Source of the DNA: the human T2T-CHM13v2.0 reference genome, Homo sapiens
NCBI RefSeq assembly: GCF_009914755.1
Contig: NC_060947.1
Direction: 5' to 3' (one strand)
DNA length: 64,000 bases
In this document: piece after piece, positions 33,987 through 47,282 of the stretch
How positions within the stretch are numbered: the stretch's first letter is position 1
Layout of the letters: every line of letters starts with the position of its first letter
Made by a program: the position numbers and the translations under genes
Notes under the pieces: model-generated
What the model was told of the DNA's origin: nothing
Databases searched by the model: none
The model's input: the letters and a program-made list of their open reading frames with translations, nothing else

Positions 33987-34082
33987 ACTTCTACTTAAGC
34001 CCAAAGAAGAGGGACCTGTTCACATCTTGTCCTACCCGGAATGATGCACACGCACAGGGGCTTGCCGGGACAGCAGTAGTTT

Positions 34083-35017
34083 CACTGGAAAGGGCTGGTA
34101 TGGAGGCACCGAGGACAAGGTCCTTCCATCGCAGCGGTGATAATGCTCTACCCAAGAAAAAAAGATTGCGTCTGCCAGCCACGCAAGACTGGTCTGCAAG
34201 GATGTCACCATAGCAGAGGGCAGGGAAAACAAGCAGGTGTCCTGCCACACTCTTTGGGACTGGCCAGTCTAGGAGTGTGCTTTACCCCACGCACTGAAAA
34301 CACTGGTTACTAGAAATATCAAACATTTCCTGTGATTCTCTCCTCCAAGATAACTCGGGCAGCTTGAGAACAAGCTGCTCTTAGCTAATTAAAAGATTTC
34401 TGCTGATATTAACCTTTATAAAAGATTTCAGGTTCCAGGACACGTCATTTATCATGCAGAGTCCCAAGCAGGTACATTAGCAATGGAAACCAGGCTCCAA
34501 TAAGGAACTAACAATTTTATCTCTGTTGTTCTTTATTTTAGGTTAAAGAAATGAACTTCTCGTTTCATCTCCACATGGGAGGAATGTTCTGGAGGGGGTA
34601 ACAGCCTATTAAACTCATCTAGCTTTTTTTTTTTTTTTTCAAACTCCACAGCTTGCCTCCCTACCCTACTAGACTAGATTGCACAGAGGCAGGGCAGGCA
34701 CGGGAAACGACTCTGGTTGGAAATTACAAACATATACACACAGAATGCAAGCACCATAACCCTTTGAATACACAGTGGTTTGTGCCTTGCCCCAGACCTA
34801 CCTAAGGATTTAAACAGCACAGAAGTCGGAGTTCGGCTGACTGCATGACTCTCTCCTATCAATCGGGTGAAACAAAGACCCAGTACTCTAAGCTTAAAGC
34901 ATTCCAGGCAAAATTTTAGTTAACAGGCAATAGGAAGGTGTGATAGGCCAGTGCTAACAAGAAAGCCACAGATGGGTTTCTTTGAGCTGTTAAGACACTG
35001 GAAAGGGCTGGTATGGA
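34083..35017 (+). repeat. Exact 22-nt dispersed direct repeat CACTGGAAAGGGCTGGTATGGA (34083-34104 and 34996-35017)
   Basis: Identical copies 913 bp apart in unique intron 1 sequence. Confidence 0.92.
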
Positions 35018-37261
35018 AGCCCAGTGGAGCCATTAGGACAATGGAAAAGGAGGTACCCCTCCACCAGGCACTTTGCAGAGAAAACTATACTCTGGAAGCT
35101 GCCTGCACTGTTGATAGGGCTAGACGTATGATAAACAGCTAACCGGAGGGGCACCCGAGGAGACAAACTGCCAACTATGAAGAACAAAGCAGAGACCTCA
35201 ACTTGTCACGTCTCAAGCTCAGATGTACAAACTTTGGGATCGTCAAGTGAGGCTCGTGTGTATGCCTGGGGATATGACTGTATTCCAGTGATCAGCCACC
35301 TAGCTGACCTGCCACGAATGGGTGACCTGTGGTGACTTACTTTAATCAACTGTAGTACTTCTAGATTGATTGGGTGATTTAAGGTTCTGACATATTCAGG
35401 CAAGAAAATAAAAGCAAGTGTTTCCTAGACTTCCTCATTGGGATTTGAAATAGAAATCCTGAAAAGCCCATAAAAGCCTATTTCCCTAAATCCTTGGTGG
35501 AAATTCCCAAAAGATTAAAAAATCCAGACCCTGTCTTATTATAGGGACCCAGCAGATTTCAAAAGACTCAAGAGGTCAGCTTAATCTGGTTATTAACTGA
35601 AATTGCTGAGATACTGATGAACATTCCAGCCATGGAACCCAAAATTCTCTAGAGTAATAATTACCTATTAGTGCAATGTTACTACTGAGGCCGTATATGC
35701 TTCATTTTTACAGTATAACAAAATGTCTAAAACTTATGAGAGTCCTACAACGTCTAGGCCACTCAGTATCACATCCAAGTAGGTATGGTTCCTGGATCAC
35801 CAACCAACCCCTGAATTCGATCCTGTTATCTCACAGTCTGGGGTACTGATCCCGCACAGCAGAGACACAACGTGTGAAAGGCTCGGCAGAGCCCATTCCT
35901 GTTCCTGGAAAAATAACCAGAAGCACACATCTGCCTGACCATGAGTCAGGAATATCAATTTTGTGGTGGAGCCCATTTCTGCTGTGACCAACCCACACCC
36001 GAACACACTCGCAACAGAAGCAACCGCCACAGAGCAATTCCAGAATGAGCTTTTTCCCCCTCGGGGTCCATACTTAGCAATGTCATAAACGGTCTCCCCT
36101 GCGACAGCAATCCTTTTACACTCTTCATAATGACCTTAAGTCTTTAGTGCAAAACCACAGAAACATTGCCACTGCCATATAAAAGTCATCTGAGTTTCAG
36201 TTTGGGTGATTCGGTCATGACCAAACTGAACAGAGGATAACCTTTCAGGCACAATTAACAGGAGCCACAGCGTCGCGATGAACTTGCCCCATCTGGTACC
36301 GGTGATCCCGAGCGCTCCAGGGCGATGAGAGCCCGTTACCTACTATGTCCCACTCCACTTATGTAACTGGAAGATCGCCGGCGAAGGGGAGGGTAGGATG
36401 GGAGGGTGCTCACATTCCGAGGCCACAGCACTCCAAAGAACCTCTGAGCACCCTGGGGACACGCTCGCACCTTAGAGCCTCTGGCGCCGAAGAGCCTCGG
36501 GTGCTGCTGGACGCACAGTCCCCTACCCACGGCTCCTGATGGGAACTATAACCACCTCTTTATGATGAGTTGTGGGACCCAGAACACAATGTCTAGTCCC
36601 TTTTGTGGATAATAATCCCCACCTACTTGTTCCTGCTAGATGGGGAAAGGAGCCGGTGGACCTACTCGCTCGCGGGGGGGTAGCGGGGGGCAGAAATTCA
36701 TGGAATGGGCGAGAAGGAGGGGGAGGCAAAGCCCAGAGATGGGGGTGAGAGCTCAGGAGCCCTTGTGGCGCACTCTCCCGACGGGAGGCGAAGTGCGCAC
36801 GCGCGCCGGTGGGGGGGCCGAGTAACGGGAGAGGGGGCGCGCGAGGGAGGGAGGGGGAGAGCGCGATCCAGGGAGAGGCCGGGGCCGCGGGCGCGCGACG
36901 GCGCCGCGGCCCAAAGCCCCGAGAAGGGCAGGAGCGCGCGCAGCCCCGACAGGCGAAGCCCCGGCGACAGGGGCGCCCGCGGGGCCGGGGGCCGGGATGC
37001 GCGTCGAGGGCGGGAGGAAGAGGGGCGTCAGGCGAAGGCGGCTCCAGGGAGGCCGCGCCGAGGACGGTCACCCGCGAGCACGGGTGACGGGCCGAGGGGA
37101 GAGTCGCCACCGGCGGCGGCGGGAGGGGGAGGGTAGAGAGGAGGGACGCCATCCGCCAGCCGTGTCGTCCGACCCCGCGGGCCCCTCCCGCGCCACGTCC
37201 CGCCCCTGACCCCCGCCCCCCGGCAAGGGTCCCCGCCCGCGGCCACGGCGGTCCCACTCAC

Positions 37262-37323
37262 AGTCTCTCCTCCTCGCCTCCTCCTCCTCCTCCGCTCGGC
37301 GCGGCGGCGGCGGCGGCGGCCAT
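37262..37323 (-). CDS. MECP2: MECP2 exon 1 coding part (MeCP2-e1 N-terminus MAAAAAAAPSGGGGGGEEERL; 62 nt, phase 2)
   Basis: Minus strand reads AAA ATG (GCC)6 GCG CCG AGC (GGA)5 GGC GAG GAG GAG AGA CT|GTGAGT; matches the known MeCP2-e1 N-terminus; canonical donor at 37261. Confidence 0.98.
37273..37320 (-). repeat. MECP2: Coding (GCC)n poly-Ala and (GGA)n poly-Gly trinucleotide tracts
   Basis: (GCC)6GCG and (GGA)5GGC read directly. Confidence 0.95.
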
Positions 37324-37389
37324 TTTCCGGACGGCTTTTACCACAGCCCTCTCTCCGAGAGGAGGGAGCGCGCGCGCCGCCGACGCCGG
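37324..37389 (-). other. MECP2: MECP2 exon 1 5'UTR (TSS approximate)
   Basis: CCGGCGTCGGCGGCGCGCGCGCTCCCTCCTCTCGGAGAGAGGGCTGTGGTAAAAGCCGTCCGGAAA precedes the ATG; recognised as the MECP2 mRNA leader; CpG-island TSSs are dispersed. Confidence 0.8.
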
Positions 37390-37720
37390 GACCCCGCACG
37401 GCCGACGTCGCGCCCCGCCCTCTTGGCCGGCCCGCGCGCTGCTGCACCTGCGCGCCCGCGCCCCGCCCTCGGCGCCGCTGCGAGCCCGCCCGTCATTGGC
37501 TGTGATGGCCGGGCTGGGACGGGGAGGACGGGGGAGGGGGGAGTCTCAGCGGCGATGCCGTCAATTGGCGAGATTTCCTGTCCATTTCGGCCAGGGAAAA
37601 GGGGGCGGACCCCTCCAGCTGTTGATTGGCTGCTTTCGGCCGTCGTTTGGGGAAAAGAGGCGGCTTGGGCGCGGAGGGACTGGTTTAGTGGGCGGAATTT
37701 GAATGTTAAGGATTAATGGA
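37390..37720 (-). promoter_or_regulatory. MECP2: MECP2 TATA-less core/proximal promoter with GC boxes and three CCAAT boxes
   Basis: CCCCGCCC at 37413 and 37461, GGGGCGG at ~37602; ATTGG (CCAAT on the gene strand) at 37495, 37564 and 37625. Confidence 0.75.
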
Positions 37721-38155
37721 CCCTTGCGGATGCTGGGGCAAGTGAAGGCCTAGGCTTGGGACGCCTGTTTGCGCTGCTCTGAGGGGCGATTGACCCTCTG
37801 TCCACAGATGCACCGAGTGCGCTGCAATAAGCGTTTCATTGCACCCACATTTTCTCAATATCACTATCTTCGGCAGAAGCAGCAAAGTTGCCCACCCTGG
37901 AGCCTGACGTTGCCCCAGCTGAGGGGCCTTGGTTTCAGAGGCCTACTCAATGCATTATTTCATCCGAGCCTGCCCAGTGCTCACACTCTCATAGAGGCGG
38001 GGAATAAACTGACAACAAATCGCAACCCTGGCTTTCGCAGAACTCTGGCGGGGGAAGAGAGTGCATGCCAAGGCCTCGTGACACCTGTCACTGTTGGATC
38101 AGATGGTTTGGTGGAGGTGTGAATAAGGGGCAATGTTAGCTCTGCCTGGAAGATA

Positions 38156-38228
38156 TGATTTGGGAGCTGAGATCCAGCAATTTTTCACTTTCCTAGAAGA
38201 GTTGATTTGGAGCTGAGATCCAGCAATT
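38156..38228 (+). repeat. Local duplication tgatttg(g)gagctgagatccagcaatt x2
   Basis: 20-nt exact core at 38163-38182 and 38209-38228. Confidence 0.9.
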
Positions 38229-38399
38229 GTGTTTTGGGAAAATAAGAGTATGAGAAAACTGTTAGCTAACCAGGTGTTCAGGACAGGAGTGTTTGTTAAG
38301 GGGACCTTACCCTGATGCCAGTCATTATCCAATCCATTCAATGATCCTTCTGTTAGTTCTATGCTTAGCAAGAAAACCTGATTCTGATTTGGCTGCTTG

Positions 38400-39575
38400 C
38401 CCCCATTCATTTATTGACTACCTGCTATGTGCCAGGCACTCTTCCAGGCTCTGGATGCACGGTACTGAACAGACAGCAAACTAACATTCTTGCCGGGAAG
38501 ATTCATACTAGCATACAAATAAGTATAATATATCATTTCACATAGTGATAAGGGCTTTGAGAAAGATAAACTAAGTGAAGGGGGTGCTATTTAGATATCT
38601 GCTGGTTTTCACCCTCATTTTACTCCCTCATATGAATATCTGGGGAAAGAACATTCCAGGCAAGTTCAAAGGACATGAGGAGAGACTATGCCTGGCATGT
38701 TGGGGACTAACGAGGAAGTCAGTGTTGCTGGAGAGTGGTAGGGAATGTGATTGGAAAGGCAGCTGGGGCCACTATGAGAACTGGGAGTTCATTCTTTTTT
38801 GGGGGGGGTGGGGATGGGGTCTCATTCTGTCACCCAGGCTGCAGTGCAGTGGCGCAATCTTGGCTCACTGCAACGTCCACCCTGAGCTCAAGCGATCCTC
38901 CCTCCTCAGCGTCCTAAGTAGCTGGGACCACAGATGCGAACCACCACGCCTGGCTAAGTTTTTGTATTTTTGATAGAGATGGGAGTTCACCATGTTGCCC
39001 AGGCTGGTCTCAAACTCCTGAGTTCAAGTGATCCGCCCGCCTCGGACTCCCAAAGTGCTGGGACTACAGGCGTAAGCCACCGCACCCGGCCAGAACCGAG
39101 AGTTTATTCTAAGATGAGAAGCCCTCAGAGGATTTTGAGCCAGGAGCTGTCTGATCTATGTTGCAGGTGTAGAGTGGAGAACTGGACGTGATGAAACAAA
39201 ACTACAGCACAAGGCTAGTTGCAAGGCCCTGGAACAGTCTAGGAGAAAGAGTTGATGGTAGCTTTAACTAGGGTGGCAGCAGTGCAGCTCTGAGAAGTTG
39301 TGAGATTCAAGATATGTTTTCAGAACTGAACAAAAGGATTGGATGTAGGGCATAGAGCAAGGGAAGAAACAAGGATGATTCCTGAGATTGGGGCCTGAGC
39401 AACTGGGGAAATAAGGGTGCTTTTCACCATAGTGGGGAGAACTACAGGAAAAGTACATTTTCAGAGGTGCAGATCAAGAGTTCTGCTTTGGCTGTATTAA
39501 GCTTGGGGTGCCCAGTGGTGTGAAAGTGGAGATGTTGAGTAAGCCATTGGGTGTGCGATGCTGAAGTATAGAGAT
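38400..39575 (-). mobile_element. LINE-2 split by AluJ
   Basis: cattcatttattgactacctgctatgtgccaggcact reverse L2 3' end. Confidence 0.7.
38794..39091 (-). mobile_element. AluJ
   Basis: Reverse dimer. Confidence 0.85.
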
Positions 39576-39589
39576 GCGGCTAAAGCAGT

Positions 39590-40029
39590 CCAAAAGTCAT
39601 CACGCTGAACATCCAATTCAAGAAGCCATAAAGAAATGACAGAGTAAGCCTGCAAAAGTAGAAGAAAGAAAAATAAGGATGAATAAAACTTAATGAAATA
39701 GAAACAAATGATGGAGAGGATTGAGAAAATTTTAAACCTGCTTCTTTGAAAAGCTGAAAAACAAAAGCCAACCCTCTAACAAGCTGGATATAAAGAGAAA
39801 AGAGAAAAGTAAATTATGTTACTCATGAAAAGGTTTTATTATGCACTGTGTGTCAGTAAATTTGAAAACATAAGCAAAAGGAATACATTCCTAGGAAAGT
39901 ACAGCTTACCAAAACCGACTTTAGAAACAGAAAATCCCTGTAACCACAATGAAATTGACTATGTATTTAAAAAGCTACCCATCCTCCTACACACAGACAC
40001 AGACACGCAGACACACACAGACACACACG

Positions 40030-40065
<36 letters not shown>

Positions 40066-40440
40066 GACCAAGAGGGCTTTATGGATGACTTCTACCAAAT
40101 CTTTAATGAGTAGGCAATTCCAATCATACACAGAAAAGAAATAAATGTCTCCAAACTTATTTTACTAGACTAATATATCTACTATGATGAGCCAAGAAAA
40201 GTATGACACAAGATGTGGAAATAAGTTTTAAAATTCTAGACAAATAAACTGAATCCTGCAGTATATGATCTATCACAACCGAGTTGAGTTTTATCCTAAG
40301 AATGCAAATATGGTTTAAAATTAGAAACCCAACCTTAACAAACTTAAGGGGAAAAACACTACATAATTATTTCAATAGATGCAGAAAAAGCATTTGATAA
40401 AATTCAACATCTACTTATGATTTTTTTTAAAAATCAGAGA
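39590..40440 (+). mobile_element. L1M ORF2 fragment
   Basis: ttcaatagatgcagaaaaagcatttgataaaattcaacatc (RT-domain IDAEKAFDKIQH motif). Confidence 0.75.
39988..40061 (+). repeat. (CA)n/(GA)n compound microsatellite
   Basis: Read directly. Confidence 0.9.
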
Positions 40441-40443
40441 ACT

Positions 40444-40684
40444 GGAGTTCAAGACAAGCCTGGGCAACATAGCAAGAAGCAAGACCCCGTCTTTACAAAA
40501 AAAATTTAAAAATTAGACAGACGTGGTGGCACACACCTGTAGTCCCAGCTCCCTGGAAAGCTGAGGTGGAAGGATCACTTGAGCCCAGGAGTTTGAGGCT
40601 GCAGTGAGCTATGATTGCACATTGCACTCTAGCCTGGGCAACAAAGCAAGACCCTGTCTTTAAAAAAAAAAAAAAAAAAAAAAA
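40444..40684 (+). mobile_element. AluJ, 5'-truncated
   Basis: Starts mid left arm; long poly-A. Confidence 0.85.
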
Positions 40685-40687
40685 GGT

Positions 40688-41121
<434 letters not shown>

Positions 41122-41167
41122 TCAAAAGAAAACATTTAAATGACCAACAGGTATATGGGAAAAATCT

Positions 41168-41460
41168 CGCCAGGCACCTTGGCTCACACCTGTAATCCCA
41201 GCACTTTGGTAGGCCGAGGTGGGAAGATCACTTGAGTCCAGGAGTTCAAGGCCAGCCTGGTTAACATGGCAAGACCACTGTCTCTAAAAAAACAAAAAAT
41301 TAGCCAGGCATGGTTGTGCACACTTGTCATCTCAGCTTCTTGGGAGGCTGGGGTGGGAGGATCACTTGAGCCCAGGAGTTTGAGGCTGCAATGAGCCAGG
41401 ATCGTGCCATTGCACTTTGGCCTGGGTGACAGAGTGAGACCCTGTCTCGAAAAAAGAAAG
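41168..41460 (+). mobile_element. AluJ
   Basis: Dimer. Confidence 0.85.
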
Positions 41461-42177
41461 AGAAGGAAGGGAGGGAGGGAGGGAGGGGAAAAAAAGTTCA
41501 ACATCACTCATCATCAGGGAAATTCAAATCAAAAGCCCAATGAGATACCCCTTCAATTCAGTTAGAATGGCTTTAATCAAAAAGACAAAAGAAGACAAGT
41601 TGGCAAAGATGTGGAGAAAAGGGAATACTTTCATACTGTTGGTGGGGTAGTAAGTTAGTATAGTCAACTATGGAGAACAGTATGGAGGTTTCTCAATAAA
41701 TTGAAAATAGAACTACCAGCAATCCTACTACCGGTATATATCCAAAGGAAATGAAATCAGTATGTGGAAGAGTTATCTGCACTCCCATTTTTATTGAATG
41801 ACTATTCACAATAGCCAGATACAGAATCAACTTAGGTGTCCACCAACAGGTGAATGGATAAAGAAAATGTGGTACATATATGCAATGGAATAATATTCGG
41901 CCATAAAAAAGAATGAAATCCTGTCACTTAAGACAACATGAATGAACCTGGAGGACATAAAGTTAAGGGAAATAAACCAGAAACAGAAAGACAAATACCA
42001 CATGATCTCAGTCATATGTGGAATCTCAAAAACAAAAAAGAGTTGATATCATAGAAGCAGAGAGTAGAACAGTAGTTACCAGAGACTGGGGAGAGGATCG
42101 GGGAGAGGAGGATGGGCAGAGGTTGGTCAACAGGTACAAAGTTATTATTAGATAAGATGAATAAATTCTGGTGTTTT

Positions 42178-42471
42178 GACCAGGTGCAGTGGCTCACGCT
42201 TGTAATCCCAGCACTTTGGGAGACTGAGGTGGGTGACTCACTTGAGGTCAGGAGCTTGAGTGCAGCCTGGCCAACATGGTGAAACCCCATTTCTACTAAA
42301 AATACAAAAATTAGCTGGGCATGGCGGCGGGTGCCTATAGTCCCAGCTGCTTGGGAGGCTGAGGCAGGAGAATCGCTCGAACCCAGGAGGCAGAGCAACC
42401 TGGTGAGCTGAGATCACACCACTGCACTCCAGCCTGGGTGACACAGCGAGATTCTGTCTCAAAAAAAAAAA
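42178..42471 (+). mobile_element. AluS
   Basis: Dimer. Confidence 0.9.
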
Positions 42472-43287
42472 TTATGTTGTTCTATTGCACAGCAGGGTGA
42501 CTATGGTTGACAGCAATATATTGTATGTTACAAAATACCTAGAAGAGAGACTTTTGAAAGTTCCCACAACAAAGAAATGGTACATGCATGAGCTGATGGA
42601 TATATTAACTACCCTGCTTGGACCATTGTGCAACATAAATATATATTGAAATATCAAATTGTACTCCCTAAATATGTGTCAATTAAAAAACAAAAATAAA
42701 AAGCCCCACATACATCCTTCTTCCATTCTCTTTTAAACCTCATTCTTGGTGCGTCTCTGCGGGGAGAAAGGCCCATTTCAAGTCAGTTCCCCGGTGTTAG
42801 GATGCAGGCATGTAAACACGACCAGTAATAAAAAGCTGGAAAATGTAATGAGGGAAAAAAGATTCAACTCACTCTCACTACAAAAATTATAAAACAGCTG
42901 GGAATAAACTTAATAAGAAATGTCAAAACCTGCATCAAAAAGCTATAAAACTTTACTGAAAAATCTAAAAGAAGACCTGAAGAAAACAAAAACAAAAACA
43001 GACGCTACCGTATTCCTGGAGGGGAAGCATTAACATTATAGAAATGTTAATTCTTCATCAATAACTCTGGAAATTCTTTGCTCAATCAAAAGTCAAGAAG
43101 TTTCATGGGCTATAACAACTTAAATCTAGATTGGAAAGAATAATGTACAAGACTAGAACTCAAGAAGTTTTTGAAATATTAAAAAATAATGAAGAGAATC
43201 TTGCTAAATTCCTTAGGTTGAATAGAAGGAACTTAAGTTATACAGTTTCACACTTGCCATTGAAAAGTAGAAAAATATACTATAATC

Positions 43288-43630
<343 letters not shown>

Positions 43631-43850
43631 TCAGTAATTTAAAAAATGGGACTGTAATAGTTTAAGGTCCTCTTAAAAACAGGACTGTAGAAGATAAAAA
43701 CCAGGAAAATCTAGTATAGATGGTAATTGACAGAAAGCCCACAACCAGAAGGATTTTATCAATATGACAAACAACACAAACTTTTACTCCATTTGTCTAA
43801 AAATCTCTTAAACTGATAGAGAATATATATATTTCAGAAGAGCTAATCCA

Positions 43851-44100
43851 GGCCAGGGGCGCTGGCTCATGCCTGTAATCCCAGCACTTTGGGAGGCCAA
43901 GGCAGGAGGATCGCTTGAGCCCAGGAGTTCGAGATCAGCCTGGGCAACAAAGTGAGACCCCGTTTTTCCCAAAAATGAAATAAATTAGCTGGGCACGTGC
44001 GCACCTGTAGTCCTAGCTACTCAACAGGCTGAGGTGGGATCATGCCACTGCACTCCAGCCTGGGAGAAAGAGCAAGCCCCTGTCTCTAAAAACAAAAGAA
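43851..44100 (+). mobile_element. AluJ (internal deletion)
   Basis: Shortened dimer. Confidence 0.8.
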
Positions 44101-44258
44101 ATGACCAACATTGAGAGCCCTACATATTAAAACCTAGGAGATAAGGCTACAGAGGTCACCTAGAAAAATTAATAGCCTTAACCATATTTGTTAGAAAATA
44201 GATAAGAAATGAATAAATTCTGATATAAGACACCATGAGCAGGCACAGATGTGCATGA

Positions 44259-44361
44259 ACACACACACACCCAGACACACAGACACACACACACAGTCAC
44301 ATACACAGACACACAGACACACACACAGACACACAGACACAGACACACACACACACACACA
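44259..44361 (+). repeat. Interrupted (CA)n/(CAGA) microsatellite
   Basis: Read directly. Confidence 0.9.
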
Positions 44362-44375
44362 GTTTTCCTTCTTTA

Positions 44376-44790
<415 letters not shown>

Positions 44791-44799
44791 TTATAGAAA

Positions 44800-46140
44800 G
44801 CATATGGGAATTGATTGATGAATAAAATAGGCAGTAAAAATCCAGGTGAGAATATTTGACAAGGGAGCCACAGAAGAAGTGGGAGTGAGTTTGCTAGATA
44901 TAACACCAGACAATCAGAATCAGTAGGCATGTGGTAGAAAACGATAGAATTAAATAGGACTGAACACATGGGGATTAATTGAAGGCACCAGTACAGAATG
45001 ACTGTACCAGTTGGAACCTCCTCTCCCCACCAGACAGCTGAGCTGGGAGCTGGCACAGACCTACAGGGAAAACACCTGACAGTTCTGTAAAGAAATTGAT
45101 TGAAATGTCGGTGGAGAGCTAAGGCTTCCAGCATGGATGCTGACAACCCCTGAACAATTGTTTCCTCATTCCGGCATCTAGGGGATACTCTGTTCGTCAC
45201 CTCCCTGTCCTACACAGAGAAGAGTCACAGCAGGAAAACAGACCTATTTGCCCAACAGCAGATTAAATCCACAATACTTATCCAGTCCTTCCTTATTAAA
45301 TATAAACCAGTCAGTAAATATTATCAGAAATTTGATGAAAGCCTTCAACAGGAAAAAGAGTCAAGATAAACCTGTAGAAAAAATATAAACTTGGAATTCA
45401 AGAAAATTCAGGGAATGTATCAAAAAATTTAATTTAATTAACATATCTACAGAACTAAAAGAAAATGCTGTATTCATAAAACAAGAACAGAATATTATGT
45501 AAAAAGAGCAATCAGAGAACAAGAAGGAATTATTGAAATTCAAATTTCAATAGAAATATTGGAAAATAAAACTGAAGAAGTCTCCCAGAAAATAGAACAA
45601 AACAATAGAGACAAAGATATGAGAGAAAATATGAGGACTTTGAGGAGTGATCTAGGAAGTCTGGCAAGCAACTAACAAGAATTATGGAAGAATGAAATAA
45701 AGAAAAAGGAACAGGAATCAGAGTAGCACCAGAGTTCATAACAACACTGAATGATAAAAGATCACAGGACAACAAGAAAAGAAAAAGATAATAGGGCAAT
45801 GCTTTCCAAATTCCAAGGGAAAATGATTTTCCACATAGAAGTACACCATCCAAAATATCCATTATGTGTGATAATGGAATAAAAATGTTTTTAGATACAC
45901 AAGAGCTAAGAAAATTTGCCTCTGAAATGTACTTTCTTAGGAAGCTACTTGGGGATGCTCTGCAGCAAATCAAGGGTGCAAGCCAAGAAAAAGGAAAATG
46001 TGGGATCCATAAGACAATGGATCTAATCCAGGAGAGCTGTGATGGGAAATACCAGGGATGCCAACTGGGCAGAAAGCCTGGTTGGCAATCAGTCCAGGTT
46101 GGAGTAGGAGAATGGTAGGCTCTGGGAGAGAGGACTCCAA
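44800..46140 (+). mobile_element. Ancient L1M 5'/ORF1-like region
   Basis: A-rich L1-like text (aactgaagaagtctcccagaaaatagaacaa; gcaatgctttccaaattc...aatgattttc). Confidence 0.5.
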
Positions 46141-46159
46141 GAATTAAATATATATGTAT

Positions 46160-46477
<318 letters not shown>

Positions 46478-46604
46478 TCAACATATTAGATGGTGTGATT
46501 GGGAGTCTGAAGTTGGATACGATGATGGCAAATAGTACAAGAAAATAAGGAAAAGCAATTAAAAATACCAGAAGGAAAGAACTATACAAGAAAGTTATGA
46601 TCCG

Positions 46605-47282
<678 letters not shown>

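Larger units (their letters stand above)
31966..37261 (-). other. MECP2: MECP2 intron 1 (5296 nt, GT-AG)
   Basis: Between exon 1 donor GTGAGT and exon 2 acceptor TTTTAG. Confidence 0.95.
36270..37830. promoter_or_regulatory. MECP2: CpG island over MECP2 promoter, exon 1 and proximal intron 1
   Basis: Very high GC and CpG density compared with CpG-depleted flanks. Confidence 0.93.

Noticed and set aside
34089-34096. AGCCCUUU complementarity to the U11 snRNA 5' end
   Set aside because: Only 8 nt and lacks the RTATCCT U12-type donor consensus
34025-34140. Box H/ACA snoRNA reading of hairpin copy A (hairpin-AAACUA-hairpin-ACAAGA, 116 nt)
   Set aside because: Boxes are low-information and pocket geometry is non-canonical; not called without snoGPS/Rfam or DKC1 CLIP support
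36523-37716. Long Arg/Gly/Pro-rich ORFs in the CpG island
   Set aside because: Expected stop-codon scarcity in GC-rich DNA; only the 62-nt exon 1 CDS is supported
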